Below, piece by piece: positions 25,762 through 38,490 of a stretch of DNA of 64,000 nucleotides. This DNA is from the human T2T-CHM13v2.0 reference genome, Homo sapiens, in assembly GCF_009914755.1 (NCBI RefSeq), contig NC_060930.1; one strand, given 5' to 3'. The number at the start of each line of letters is the position of its first letter. Positions within the stretch are counted from its first letter, which is position 1. Under the pieces are notes generated by a model. It saw only the letters and a program-made list of their open reading frames with translations. It was not told the origin of the DNA and ran no database searches. Both the position numbers and the translations under genes were made by a program.

Positions 25762-26461
25762 CTAGGAAAAAGTAGCTATGACCATAAGTCCAGATTTAAT
25801 ATCCTTAGATACAGAGATGAATAAACTCTTTAAAATGTAGAGTTAAACCATTTTGTTTCTGAAATCATGCCCAAGCAACTCTATTGAAATTTTTCCCTCT
25901 CTCAGCTGGTATAATATACTTATTTATCTAACAATATTGCTTTTGTCACCAGCTTTTTAAATTATCATTTAATAAATAGAACATTTTTAAATATCTAATT
26001 TGTGTGTGCTTCCTCAAGAGTAAAGAGAAAAAGACATGGAAGAAATAGCCTACATGTTCTGTGTTCTAAATAATCATCCACCTCCAACCCCTTTTCTCTC
26101 TACCCCTAGCAATCATTAGGTTGGCTGTAAAAAGCTTAATTTTGATGGTAGCTACAATAGCAGTTGGTAAAATTGATTTTGAAACAGAAGGCAGTGGGAA
26201 GTATCTAAAAAATTATAGTGTCATCACACAAAACAACACAATAAATAAATTTAATTCTACATCTCAGGAAGTTTTAAAAATTATTTTCTCAACTACCAGT
26301 TCTACTCATTTCTTCCCCCATGAAAAAATAGAGAAAATTGCCTTATAAGGAGTTCATATGAAATCTCCTAACAATAATTTATTTGTTTTTATTATTTTCA
26401 GAGTAAAGCATTTATAAGAACATTTTGCCTTTCACATCTTTTTTATAATAACAAATATTAC

Positions 26462-26519
26462 CTGATGGACCACAAGACACAGTGAAGACAAAGGTCAGAA
26501 AAATACAAAGTATCTTCAT
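26462..26519 (-). CDS. DEFB113: Beta-defensin 113 exon 1 (signal peptide)
   Basis: MKILCIFLTFVFTVSCGPS + G, donor GTAATA. 58 nt, phase 1, 700-bp intron. Confidence 0.97.
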
Positions 26520-26864
26520 TGCTGATGCAGTTACACTTGAGTAAAGTGGGGACAGATCTCAAAATGTCTCAGAGTTGTGCTAGTCTTTGGTAAAAGAAAT
26601 ATGGGTTCTTGTTTTTACAGCCTTCTTGGCGTGATTACAATTCTGATTAATGCTGCCTACAATTCTGATTAATGGTGACTTTCCAGATTGAGTGCATATT
26701 CATGTAAGCATTGTGAAACAGCAAACAAGTATAGTAGAGAGTTTAGTGCTGCTACAACCTCGGTGAGCCAAACATGAATTCATTTCATTTTTGTAAGTAA
26801 ACAATGGGGTTAAAGTATTCTTGGTCACTAATTAATTGAAAGCACATAATCAACATCATTTACA

Positions 26865-27100
26865 TTTTTGACTACATGCTTTCTTGAGTATTTATTATGT
26901 ACCAGGGGCTGTTCTAAGAACTTTATAAGGATTAATTCTCATGACAAATTCTATAACATAGGAACTTCTTAATTTCCAATTGAGAAAACTGTGACGCAGA
27001 CAGAATATGTAATGGCTCACAAATTATACATGTAGTCATTGGTGGAGTAGAGATTAATTATCAGGTTATATGATGACAGAGCTCATTCTCTCAGCCTCCA
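26865..27100 (-). mobile_element. MIR SINE
   Basis: tgagtatttattatgtaccagggg...tgagaaaactgtgacgcagac core. Confidence 0.7.
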
Positions 27101-28368
27101 CCCTCCTCATTCTCTCAACTGTATGTTGGGTTTGCATCAAGTGTGGTTATTCTCTGTACACATGGCCTGAACCATACACTGTTTCTGGGATTCAATTTTT
27201 CTAGAAATAGAAAGTATTTCTATATCACTGTTTTAATACTGTTATACTAGCAATTATCATAGTTACACTATAAGGATAATCAGTATCATTATTTACATGC
27301 CATGTAATGATGACTCAGTCATGAAATTATCTTATTCATAGGAGAGAGCAGTGTGTTAAGAATCTAAAGAGCACTAGATTTAGGTAGGGAAAACCAATCT
27401 TGGGGTCTGGTTCTCAGTTTACCATCTATATATTTGGAATAAATATTCATTTATCTAAGCCTTAGGAGTCTCTTCTTGAAGTCCAGATTGGTAGGACCAA
27501 ACATATTTGGAGTTTTCATAGCAAGGATCAAGTAGAAAACATGTAAAAAATAAATAAGTAATTGATATATGAATTTAAACAATTTGGTCCACTTTCATAA
27601 ATCTAGAGCTGGGTTTTTAAATCCAAAAAGATGTATCCTTACAACTTAATGATATTATATTATCATTAGATGAGATCGTTATTTTTATTTATATTTGTAT
27701 TTAATTTATATTCTAACTCCTTCTGTCATTTAGGGAAATAAATTAGAAATATATTATGTAATCTGAGTTTAAAAAGCAGCAGTCCAGTCCTCTTGTCTTT
27801 TGTGTACTTCATTCCTCACTCAAAAGGTACCTATGTATTTATAGCCAGACCATGAAAAATCTATTTTCTCAATATTTTCTCCCTATAAAATGCTAAAAAG
27901 AGCCCTTTGAACTGTTGGAGATTTAATAAAACTAATTGTATGTAAGCAGAGAAAGATAGCAATGGCAAATTTTAAAAAGCGGGCAGTATCATAGTGACAG
28001 CATGTGTAAGAAAATGACCTTGGACAATAGGGCCCATTTTTGCTTCAGTGCTACCATATCCAATTTATCAGTATAAAATAAGCCACTTCTATTGAGCTGG
28101 CCCATCAGCTAAACTCATAAATTGCATATTTTCCCCTATCTGTTTAAAGGTGAAGTTGGGTAAAATTATATCTGAATCACACTGAACAAAGGTAAGGGCC
28201 TCACTTCTCCCAGGAAAATACATAAGTAGAATCAAACAAGATGCATAGAAAGCAAGTTAATTGAGTTATTTATTGCTTACAATGTGCATCTTATGGTATA
28301 ATTGGGGAGAAATCCAGATTGTATATTTCTATTTACAAAATCATTTTATTTGTTTCTTTTTGTTTTTT

Positions 28369-28509
28369 AGGGAGAAAGAGACAAAAATAGAGAAAGTTGA
28401 GTGAGAATGAGATTGGGGTTGTGATTAAGGGATTGTGATTTTTTAAGGGAGAAAGAGACAAAAATGAAGAAAGTTGGGTGAGAATGAGATTGGTGTTGTG
28501 ATTAAGGGA
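28369..28509. repeat. Two-copy purine-rich duplication, period 77 bp
   Basis: agggagaaagagacaaaaat...gagaatgagattgg.gttgtgattaaggga at 28369-28432 and 28446-28509. Confidence 0.9.
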
Positions 28510-29459
28510 AAAAAGAGGAGGTACAGAGAAAATTTTTAAGAATAGAGAATTGACCTGAAATGTGTGAATTAAATAGTAAGGTGGATGAGCCTTCATATTT
28601 CTACTTAATTGAATCAGAATTTAGGAGTTTGAGATTTTTTAAAAAAAGTTTTATCTTTCTTCTTACAATGTTAGGTAATCACAGGTGGTAATTGTATAGT
28701 TTAGAGCTACAGGGAAGGATTTCTGGAGAGGTAAGTTCTTTGTAAAAGAGGGTGGTTAGGCTTTATGATGTTCAGCTGAGAAATGCCTATGAGGGAGACT
28801 TTTCTAGGCCAAGAGGTGGATGTTGGGAATACAAGTAAAGGGTATGATGCTGAGAAGAGAGATGATCAGAAGAATATACCAAATGCAATGCTATTCTCTT
28901 ACAAGAGTTGCTAATCAAAATTTTGATACTTTCTTTAAGTCAATACCAATAAAGTATTGGTTTGTCAGTCAGTCACTGGGTCTCAGCTTCCACATTTTAG
29001 GAATAACAGCCTAAAACAACATATGGTTTCTTTGCAGAGAAAAACCATAACGTCGTTCCCATTCTTTGCTCTTCACTACCAGTCACTGGATTATTGCAAC
29101 TCCTCCCCACTCCCAAACACAAAACACAGTATGTTTCAATGAACGGATGGCCACAAAACTTTAAAGTAAAAAAATCCGTTACGTGACTAATTCTATATAA
29201 CAGTGACATTGATTGGCAATTTGAGAAATTTTCAAATCTGAAAGAATCATACAACATTTATTTTACAGATGAAGCTAATAAGAATTACCAAGAAAACACA
29301 AGATGGCATAGGCGGATGCTAGTAGCTGGATTTTCTGCCACAACTTTTACTTATTTCCAACCCAAAAGCTCTTACATAAGCTCCAGTGCGGAGAGTTCAT
29401 ATATTTAGAATCCATGAGTCTGAAAGACTAAGCTTCTGTCATGCCTGATTCTGCTGTAC

Positions 29460-29710
29460 CTTATAACAACTATTAAATGCTTATTGCCTGCAGGCACTAG
29501 TTTATATAATTTACATGTGCTAATATGTTTAAACTCAAGAAAGCCCTAAGACATAGGTATAATGTTTAGCCCATTTTCACATACAAAGAAACTGACACAA
29601 AGATATTTAAGTTATTTACCCAAAGTCAATCTGCTGGCTGGTAAGTGGTGAAACTGGAATTAAACACATTACATTTTCAGAGCCCACATGCTTAACCATT
29701 ATTACTACAT
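29460..29710 (-). mobile_element. MIR SINE
   Basis: cccattttcacatacaaagaaactgacac...ttacccaaagtca...gtaagtggtgaaactggaatt. Confidence 0.8.
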
Positions 29711-29814
29711 ACCCTAAATCACTTGGGATAGTTGTCTTAGAGTTCCAAGGAAAGTTATATAAAATGGAAATATGTGGTTTCTAAGACAAAAGGAATATTA
29801 TAATTTATTTGTCC

Positions 29815-30305
29815 TCTATTCATTTATTTTTAATTTTCAATTATGAATACATAACAGTTGTACATATTGATGATGTACATGTGCTACCTTCGTACAAGCA
29901 TACCATGTGTGATGATCAAATCAGGGTAATTGGGGTATCCATCGCCTCAACCACTGATCTTTTTTTGTGTGTCAGTAACGTTCCAATTCTACTCTTTTCG
30001 TTATTTTGAAATATATGGTAAATTATTGTTAACTATAGTAACTCTATTGTGCTACCAAACACTAGCTGTTATTCCTTCTATCTAACCGTATTTTTGTACT
30101 TATTAGTCATTCCTTTATTCCCCACCTCCTTACTGTCCTTTCCAGCATCTGGTTTAACTTTTTTTAAGTTCTCACATATGAGTGAGGATGTGCAATATTT
30201 ATCTTTCTGTGGCTTATTCCACTTAACATAATGTCCTCTAGTTCCATCCTTGTTGATGCAAATAACAAAATTTTATTCGTTTTCATGGCTAAGTCGTATT
30301 CTATT
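29815..30305 (-). mobile_element. L1MA-type 3' end
   Basis: gatcaaatcagggtaattggggtatccatc...cacatatgagtgag...cacttaacataatgtcctc. Confidence 0.85.
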
Positions 30306-30888
30306 GCCTCACCTTTTATTTTTACAGCTGAGGGACACTACTGAAAGTAGAAAGTTTGAAGAGAAACCACTGGTGGGAGTTTCCATTTTTAAGAGAATCT
30401 AGAACAACCTTGGAGAATAGTAGCTCCTCAGCTTCCTGTTTATCCCAACAGATACCTTTTCTAATCTGGGTTGAGTCTTCCCTGACACTCCAAGTAATGG
30501 AAAGAACTATTGCACGTTCTGTATTTTCACTTACGACAAGTAAAAAACAATTTCTCATCTGAAACTCTAGCCTGACTGGTTGCTCTTTCTCTATACTAAG
30601 CCATAAATGGTCATCGAAGGCAATAATATAAACCTTGAATTTTACATCAGCTTTAACAATAAGCACTGTAACGTATGATCTGGTGAAAAAATATCCTTCA
30701 GCTTCTGTGAGCTTATGTGTTTCATCCTGACTTTGGTGATAAATTTTACAGCTTATCAAATGCATTTTTTGTTTTATGTTATTAAACATGAATCATTTTT
30801 TAAAAGAAGTTACACATGGAAACATTGATCGTGAGTTATTTTCCCACAGTCATACAACACTGTTATTGCGGAATCAAATTTGGCTGCC

Positions 30889-30918
30889 TAATAATAATAA
30901 TAATAATAACAATAATAA
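30889..30918. repeat. (AAT)n microsatellite
   Basis: Direct reading. Confidence 0.9.
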
Positions 30919-32263
30919 AACCTTAGTACTATGGCTATGTTTCGGTTATGTCATTCCAGTAATTATCTATTCCAGTGTGAAAGAAGATGTCTGTCTCCTA
31001 TGATTTTAAAAATATCCTGAAGCTCAGGGCTTTAAATTTGCAGTGTGAAGGGTGGGTGGTAAGAAAGGGGAAGGAAGGACAAAGACATGAAGCTTTAAGT
31101 GTACAGATTAATATATGGTGAGAAAGATAATATAAAAGAAAACTATAACAAAGTAGGCAAAGCCCATTGTAGTTTTAACTATTTATACAGTGATTTCAAA
31201 AATACTTATTTGAAGTTGTCTCCAGTAACCACTGCTTAGTAGAAATTTAAACAATGCTTTCTAATAAAAATGTAAATCATATGTTATTACTTATTACCTC
31301 TTCCTAATGTCTGCATTGGTTAGGCTATCACTGAAGTTGGTAGCTCAGGAAAGATGGCATTCTGTAACTGTTACAATATGATTACATTCTGGTATTATGT
31401 ACTCAGTAAGTAATATCAAACTAAGGAAATTAATACCATTATAGATTTAAATTTAAATTTAAAAAATAGAATGTTGATTATTCTGGTGCACATTATAATA
31501 ACAATTATTATTATTATTATTATTTGCCTCTTCTTCCTACTTCTGAGCTTTAAAGTTATAGCTCATAGATTCACAATAGTAATTAGATATTTATTTAATA
31601 TGTTTTGCATATGATCTATTTTTGTGTGTCAATTCAAATTTTACCCAGATGAAGACTAATTTACTCATGTAATCCGTGTTATTTAAATCTCACTCAACTG
31701 CAATCTTTCCTTTCCTTCAGAAGGGGTAAACGTGCACTTGTACCCATGAACTTAAAACAAAAGTTTTTTAACAAAGAAAGTGACCCTTTAGAGAAATTGA
31801 ATTTCAGAATATTTAATTCAGTTTCCAATCCTAAGGGATCAGAGACTAATTCATAATGTGGTATTATCTATTCCTTTCTCTTTTTGGGGGTGTATAGAAG
31901 ATAATGAGGGGGAACTTATGCTCAGCTTCCCAAAGTTTAAAAAAGTAATTGTAATTTACTACTTTAAATATGGTTTGTATAAGGGGGAATGATAAGATCA
32001 ATATCCAAAAAGAGCATATAAACTGTAGCCACAGGATAATCTTTATAACCATCTTTTCTCTTTTTGTGTTTTTTATTTAGCACAAGGCTTGGTTCTTGCT
32101 AGATTCCCAATAGGGAATAATGAATATTTAATTAGCATTAGCTAAATATTGGTTACTGCTTTAACATTTTACAACTATTGTCTTAGACATAACAGCAACC
32201 TTATGATTCAGGTACTAGTTTTGCTGTCATCATTGTGCAGTGGTGTGATTGAAACTTAGAGGC

Positions 32264-32396
32264 GGCCAGGTGTGTTGGCTCACAACTGTAATCCCAACAT
32301 TTTTGGAGGCCGAGAGAGGTTGCGGTGAGCTAAGATCATGCCACTGCACTCCAGCCTGGGCGACAGAGCAAGACTCCGTCTCAAAAAAGAAAGAAA
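32264..32396 (+). mobile_element. Internally deleted Alu (left-arm 5' end fused to right-arm 3' end)
   Basis: ggccaggtgtgttggctcac...ggaggccgag|agaggttgcggtgagc...A-tail. Perfect 13-bp TSD gaaacttagaggc. Confidence 0.93.
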
Positions 32397-32699
32397 GAAA
32401 CTTAGAGGCATTCATTTAATTACTTGTTCAAAGTCACTGTACTAGTAATGACCATTGCTGACATTAGACTCCAAAGCAGTCTGATTCTTGAATCCATTTT
32501 CTTATTGAACATACTAGAATCAGTGAATTTGTGCATGAATAAATTTCTGAAAGGCAATAATGAGCTTCTATAATGTCTTTATATACCTGTTTATAGCAAA
32601 ACTTACAGCTATTTAAACTTTGGTAAATGGTAGATGACTGATGGAAACTAAAAATAAATGATGAATTCATGCCTGGAAATGGCAGAGAGATTAATTAAA

Positions 32700-32880
32700 T
32701 CAGTGTTTCTCTGAACTTGACAATTTTTAAAATCACTTGGAATGATTAAAAAAATACACACCCTGAGCAACACCCCTGAGTGGTGTCATTATGTTATTTG
32801 GGAGGGTGGTCTAGAAAACTGCATTTTAAAATAAATGCCCCCACCTCCATCATTCTGATATTTACCCAAGTCTAATAGCA
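32700..32880. mobile_element. MER5-type hAT MITE
   Basis: cagtgtttctc...aatcacttgga...ctgcatttta...attctgat. Confidence 0.55.
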
Positions 32881-34054
32881 CAGATTTAGTCACACTCTAC
32901 TTTTGTTGGGCATGAATTCATCTACATCATTTCTTCCACTTAAGTCTCTTCGCTTCCCTTCCTCTAAAATTAAGTGATGCCTGGAATGCAGACTGTGCCA
33001 TTTTCTTCATCCCACCAAGCTCCAGAGAATGTGAATATAGCATGTGATTGTGGACAGACCACCTGAGTGAGTAAAAAAAGTAAAAATGTCCTTTTCACTC
33101 CTCTCTGGCTGTGTGCATTGGGCAAGGTACATATCCTTTCTAAGCATCAGCTTTCTTGGGGGTACTGGGAATAAAATTAGTCATCTAGAAGAGATGAAGA
33201 GTAAATTTTGTAAGGTAAGTAGTTGGTACCTTAACTAATGCTTCTTCCTTTTAAATTCTTACCCTCTACATTTGACTCTACTAATAGCTCCAGGAGCCTT
33301 ACGCGAGAGTACTATCAGAAACTTTCTTCCTTTGATATTTCCTTATGCTTTGTGTGTCAGAAAACTACTTATGAAAGAAATTACTTGTATATGTGTGTGT
33401 ATACAATAATGTATATTATACTTACAGTTGGAAAAATAAAGCAAAAAAAGAGCAGGAATAAAACAACTAAAATAGTTAAAAATATCTGAAAATGCTTGTC
33501 TATATTGTCCACAATCCTTATAGAAATATGTCCCTTGCTGATGCCACATGTGAAGCATAATTTTTCTTCACTTCTCCATAATATGAGAACCTTACATTGT
33601 TAAAAATGACCACAAGCCATATGACATCTGAGAAAATAGCCTCTAATATGAGGTCCTATTAGTAAGAATTTACTTTTAAGAGCTAAAACTAAAGAACAGA
33701 GTCTTCAATTGCATGCTTGCGTCACTTTGAAAGTGGTCCACAGACTCTCAGAAATGAAAGAACAAGATTTATTTCCAAGGACCCTTTAATACAATTCCCT
33801 ACTTATGAGCATCTATACCCTTGATAAGTCACCTTTATCTGGTATCTTTTGACTAAATGAACTGTTTAGAATATAGAATGAGCCTTTTCTTTGACATTAG
33901 AAAGGTCTGGATTTGAATTTCAGGCATGTTTTTACTATATAAGTGATCCCTTTAAAGTCCTATTTCTCATCTATAAAATGGTGATTGTAACATCAAACTG
34001 GGTTGTATTGCATATTAAATAAGATTATGCATGAACCTGATAAAAAGGCAGTCA

Positions 34055-34650
34055 TTAATAATTTAAAAAAATGCTGAGTTCTTACTCTATGTAGGCACAA
34101 CTTAACACTCTAGAATAGAGCAGTAAGCAAGAAAGACATGGTCATAGCCCTTGTAGTGTTTACCACAAGTGAAATGAGTCACATAATAATCAAGTAAATT
34201 AGTTATTTCAGATATAAATTACTCTGCATAAAATTCAACAGTGTGTTAGGAACGAGAGTGATTATCAAGAAAGGCATTATCATAAGTGATCAAAGATAAT
34301 TTCTACCATCCTAAGAAGAAGGTGTCCAACAAAGAGTGTCTCATGCAAAGAGACCAATTTAAATGTTTCTGAAAGCATAATGTGTGTGAAGAACAAAAAT
34401 CAGGCCAGTGAGATAATGTTTAGTGAGCAAAGAGGCAAGTGGTAGGGGTGAGGTCAGGGAATGAATCCCACAGGGCATTTCACTCCATGATGAAGTGATG
34501 GATTTTATTATAAGTTTGGTGGATGCCATTTGAGTGTTACAAATTCTAGAACCATCAGGAGGGGAGTAGAAGTAGTCAGGAAGGGAGGTAATTTTGGAGA
34601 CTGCTGCAGTGTTCTATGAGAGAAAAGATGGTAGCTCAGATAAGTTGTTT
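34055..34650 (-). mobile_element. L2 remnant
   Basis: tgctgagttcttactctatgtaggcac...aagacatggtcatagccctt...ggagactgctgcagt. Confidence 0.65.
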
Positions 34651-35199
34651 CTCTGAGCTGATTATCCATTTCTCCCTTTGCTCTTAAGTGTCCCCATGGG
34701 TTTGTTAGGTTCTCACTGTGAACCTGCCCAAACTTTTGTCTCTCACATCTGACCACAATTAAGGAGCGCCTGTCCCAATGTTCTGACCTATTATCTGATC
34801 ATTAATCATTGATATGTATCTGGTGTTTCCTCCCATTTTCTGGTCAGCCTTGAGTTGGACTCTCTGTGCCTTCTGAAGGAACAATTCTATAATAGGATAC
34901 ACTGAGCTATGTGGGAGTTTAGAGCCATGGGTTTTTCTTTTATCTCATGATAAATGTGCACTTTAAGGTACATTTGCATCCCCCAACTATGTTACCATCT
35001 GACACAGAGGAAGAAACAGAAACTCTCATGGGGAATATTTCTGGTTAGCAGAGAGATGAGTAAACAGTAAACAGAAAAATTACGAGAATAAACACTTGAG
35101 AAATAAAATAGGAGAGAGAAGAAAAGAGAGGAAAAGATAAGGAGGAAAGAAGAGAGAAAGATTGATTAGTGAAAGGATGCAGTTTTGATGTCACTAAAA

Positions 35200-35314
35200 T
35201 AGTGTTTCCTGAACTGTGATGTGCACAAAAATCACCTGGGTTCTTGTTAAAATGCAGATTCCAGTTGAATAAGTCTGGAGCAGGGCAAGGATAAAGGTTT
35301 TTTTTTTGTTGTTG

Positions 35315-35346
<32 letters not shown>

Positions 35347-35405
35347 GAAACCTTGTAGTAAAAATGCTCCTGGTCTGTGAAACACACTTTATGTAGTGAG
35401 GCCCT
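35200..35405. mobile_element. MER5A MITE containing an expanded poly(T) tract
   Basis: aatcacctggg...ttgttaaaatgcagattcc...T-run...taacaag...cacacttt. Confidence 0.75.
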
Positions 35406-37347
35406 AGAGCACATCATCTAAGCAGGTACTTACACTATCACAGTTGTGCTATTGGTCCTCTCACCAGCACGTATATAGAGAAGATACCCCCAGAATGTAG
35501 TGACTAGAATATGTTAGAAGTGCATTGTTGCAGTGATAATTATTCTTTCCTTCATCTTCAATGTATGTTTTTGTTATGGTGGAAGTTGGGATGAAAGCAG
35601 AAATATGAGCACGAATTTTGGTTATGCAGTTTTTAAAAAACTGACATTCTGCAGTTAGTTTCACTTTCAATCAGTGAAGTGAGTAGCAGTTCAGAGAAAA
35701 AAAAATCAAGTAGGGAAGGATGCAGCTCTCTTAGGCTTTTCCCTCCTGCAAGATACAAAATAAAATGTTTAACAATAATATGTGTTAGAAAAGAGTTCCA
35801 ACCAGTATAAATAAAACTGAGTGATTTAAATTTAGGTTTAGATACCAGTTTAGAGTTAAAAATATAAAATATAAAGAGTTACTATTTTACCCATAATCTT
35901 AGGGCTACCAGTCACACCTTACAACCTCTTACAACCTTGATGTTCTCAGTCACAAGTTTGGTAATGTTCTGCTAAATTAATCATTAATTTTTTATCAGCA
36001 CTACTTTACCAGCCCTATGTTTACTTGGATCATATATAATAATCTGGAAATTACTTCAAGAATACCCTTCTATAGTTTTCAAGAAAAATTCCGATAAATA
36101 TGTTACACTTATTTGAAGAAATATGTACCAAAAAGATGGAAAACATTAGAAATACCAATTTCCTGGTGGGTTGGTGGGCTTTCTTAAAACAGGAATCTGT
36201 GAGATTGTATATATAAAGCTCTTTAGAGTTTGAATGAGTTATTCCTTTATAATTATAGTTTACCTGTGTGGTACATAGTTTGATTCACTACATCTTAGAA
36301 GGTAATTGAATCTATCGATTATCAAGGAGGAGTATAGCTGAAAAAATTTCACTAGCATGGCTTAAAAAAAGTAAAGAGAATCTGTATGCTATTATTCAAG
36401 GCTTGGTATTTTTCAAGACTTTTAAGTTTCATAATGATTTCCTGGCAGTTCACCCTGAATCTCTAGTTTTCGTTTAGGCAACTTCATTCACTGTTTTCAA
36501 AGTATCTCCCCAGCTTTCATATTTATTTGTAGAAATATAATAAAACAATGTGAGTGAAAGTTATTGAACAATTTATCTTTCACCCATGGACATTCTACTT
36601 TTGGACACCCAGCCCACAGGTCTCCCATGTCCCCTGCAGAGTCTGCTGTGGCTTTTGTGTTCTGCTTGATGGCCATTATGTTCTCTTTTGAAGTGGCTAG
36701 TAAGTCATCGCCACCTTGTGACTTCACTCAAACTTTGTGGTTTGCTCTTGGCTCTGAGGTTCACTACTATTTTAATGATTTTGCACTTGTTACCTCATAA
36801 TGCGGATCACTCCTGCTCCGTGCTTCTGTTGCTGTCATTGCTTCTCTAGCTGAAATCTAGGCCCCTCTCTCCCGAACAATTTGATAACTCATTTTTCATG
36901 GTCTTCAGATGGCATATCAAACATACACTCTTCTTTTTATACACAGCTCTAGTGTGACAGCTATAATCTTTCATGTCACTATGCCAAACAATGTTTCCTT
37001 CCAATCCCCAGTTTTGCATGGAACTACATGACTATGGCTCTACAGCTCTTGCAGGGGTTGGTTGTATGTTCTCTGCTTCCCTTCTTACTCTTATCACTCT
37101 AGCTTTGCTTTCTTCTTTTGCCCAATATGTATAGCTGTCTTATTCTAGTGACCCTAGCTACATAATTTTAACTATTTTAAAATTTAATTCTACTTAAAAC
37201 TTCAATGCATTCATAGCAGTAAGAGCTCTAACTTATCTCTCTCTGCCACATTATCAGAATTGAAAATCTCTGAAGATTTTTTTTTGGGAACTATAATTTT
37301 GCCCACTGAAAGAAAGTCTCAAGCATGGTGTTGGAAGGAAACTTAAA

Positions 37348-37358
37348 ATCTATCTATC

Positions 37359-37399
<41 letters not shown>

Positions 37400-37405
37400 A
37401 TCTAT
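37348..37405. repeat. (TCTA)n tetranucleotide STR
   Basis: Direct reading. Confidence 0.95.
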
Positions 37406-37696
37406 GACATATATTTAAAACAATACTAAAAGAGAAAAGAAAGAAGATCTAAATTTCCTTTCTGCCTACTACATCAACAGGAAGCCAAAGAAATAAAATC
37501 AGTATTCTTTCCTGAGTCTGCTTTTTTTGATAACTGAGTCATCCTTTCCATACTTTGCAAATAAAATTTGAAAGATTATATGCTTTGCCCTTTGAACTAA
37601 TGTATTTCACCACTTGAGCATATGATGCATTCTGTTGATTGATCATATTGTAGGTGGCAACTGAATACAGCATCTGATATGTGTAGCCTATCTGCC

Positions 37697-37697
<1 letters not shown>

Positions 37698-37744
<47 letters not shown>
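37698..37744. repeat. (CA)n microsatellite
   Basis: Direct reading, about 23 units. Confidence 0.97.
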
Positions 37745-37748
<4 letters not shown>

Positions 37749-38289
37749 GAAATAAATCATCAGAAATATTTCTGTGTTCTGGTCAAAATTATCATTTGCA
37801 AGTAAGAGAAAACAACTCAATATAGCTCAGGAAAAAAAATATTTTATTTCAGGGTTAAAAACAAGTCCGATGCAAATTTAGCAAGCAGATTATGCAAATT
37901 CAGCAGGCAGATTTGGGGAAGAGGGAGCTGGAATGATGTACATGTGAATCATCTCAGTTGCTTTCTTTTCCTGTCTGCTCTTCTTCTGCTGACTCATCTG
38001 TTCCATTATCATCAGTCTCACAACTAGTTCCCTTACATCCTTAGTGCACATGTAGCACCATCACATCATCCCATCATCACATCATTGAACATGATTTGAC
38101 ATCAACTTTCAACTTATGTTCAACACTGATTACAGTATCCCCTTTTCCTTTGAAATGTAAAGTATACAGATCACACATCTTTAATCAAGTAAGATGTACA
38201 CAAGTGCATTAAGTAAATAAAAATTATTTCTGGTGACAAATAGGTGAATAAAATCAGAATGAAAATAAATATTGCCATTTACATATATT

Positions 38290-38490
38290 AAGTAATTGTG
38301 CCAGGCATGTATTATAAATTTGGAAATTAGCTGTTACTACTTCCATTTTATGTATAGGAAACCAAAACATAGACAAGTTAAGTAACTTGCTCAAGGTTAC
38401 ACAACTCATAAGAATAGGTCCCAACTAGCCCAAGGGTCATCAGACTCCACGCAGTGTGACATCAATGCCCATATTCCAAACACTGCCTAC
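38290..38490 (-). mobile_element. MIR SINE
   Basis: ccattttatgtataggaaacc...gttaagtaacttgctcaaggttacacaact. Confidence 0.8.

Noticed and set aside
25553-25765. 70-aa plus-strand ORF
   Set aside because: It is the antisense shadow of DEFB113 exon 2.
26417-26432. AGAACAtttTGCCTT as an androgen response element in the DEFB113 intron
   Set aside because: The second half-site has three mismatches, so it is not supportable from sequence alone.
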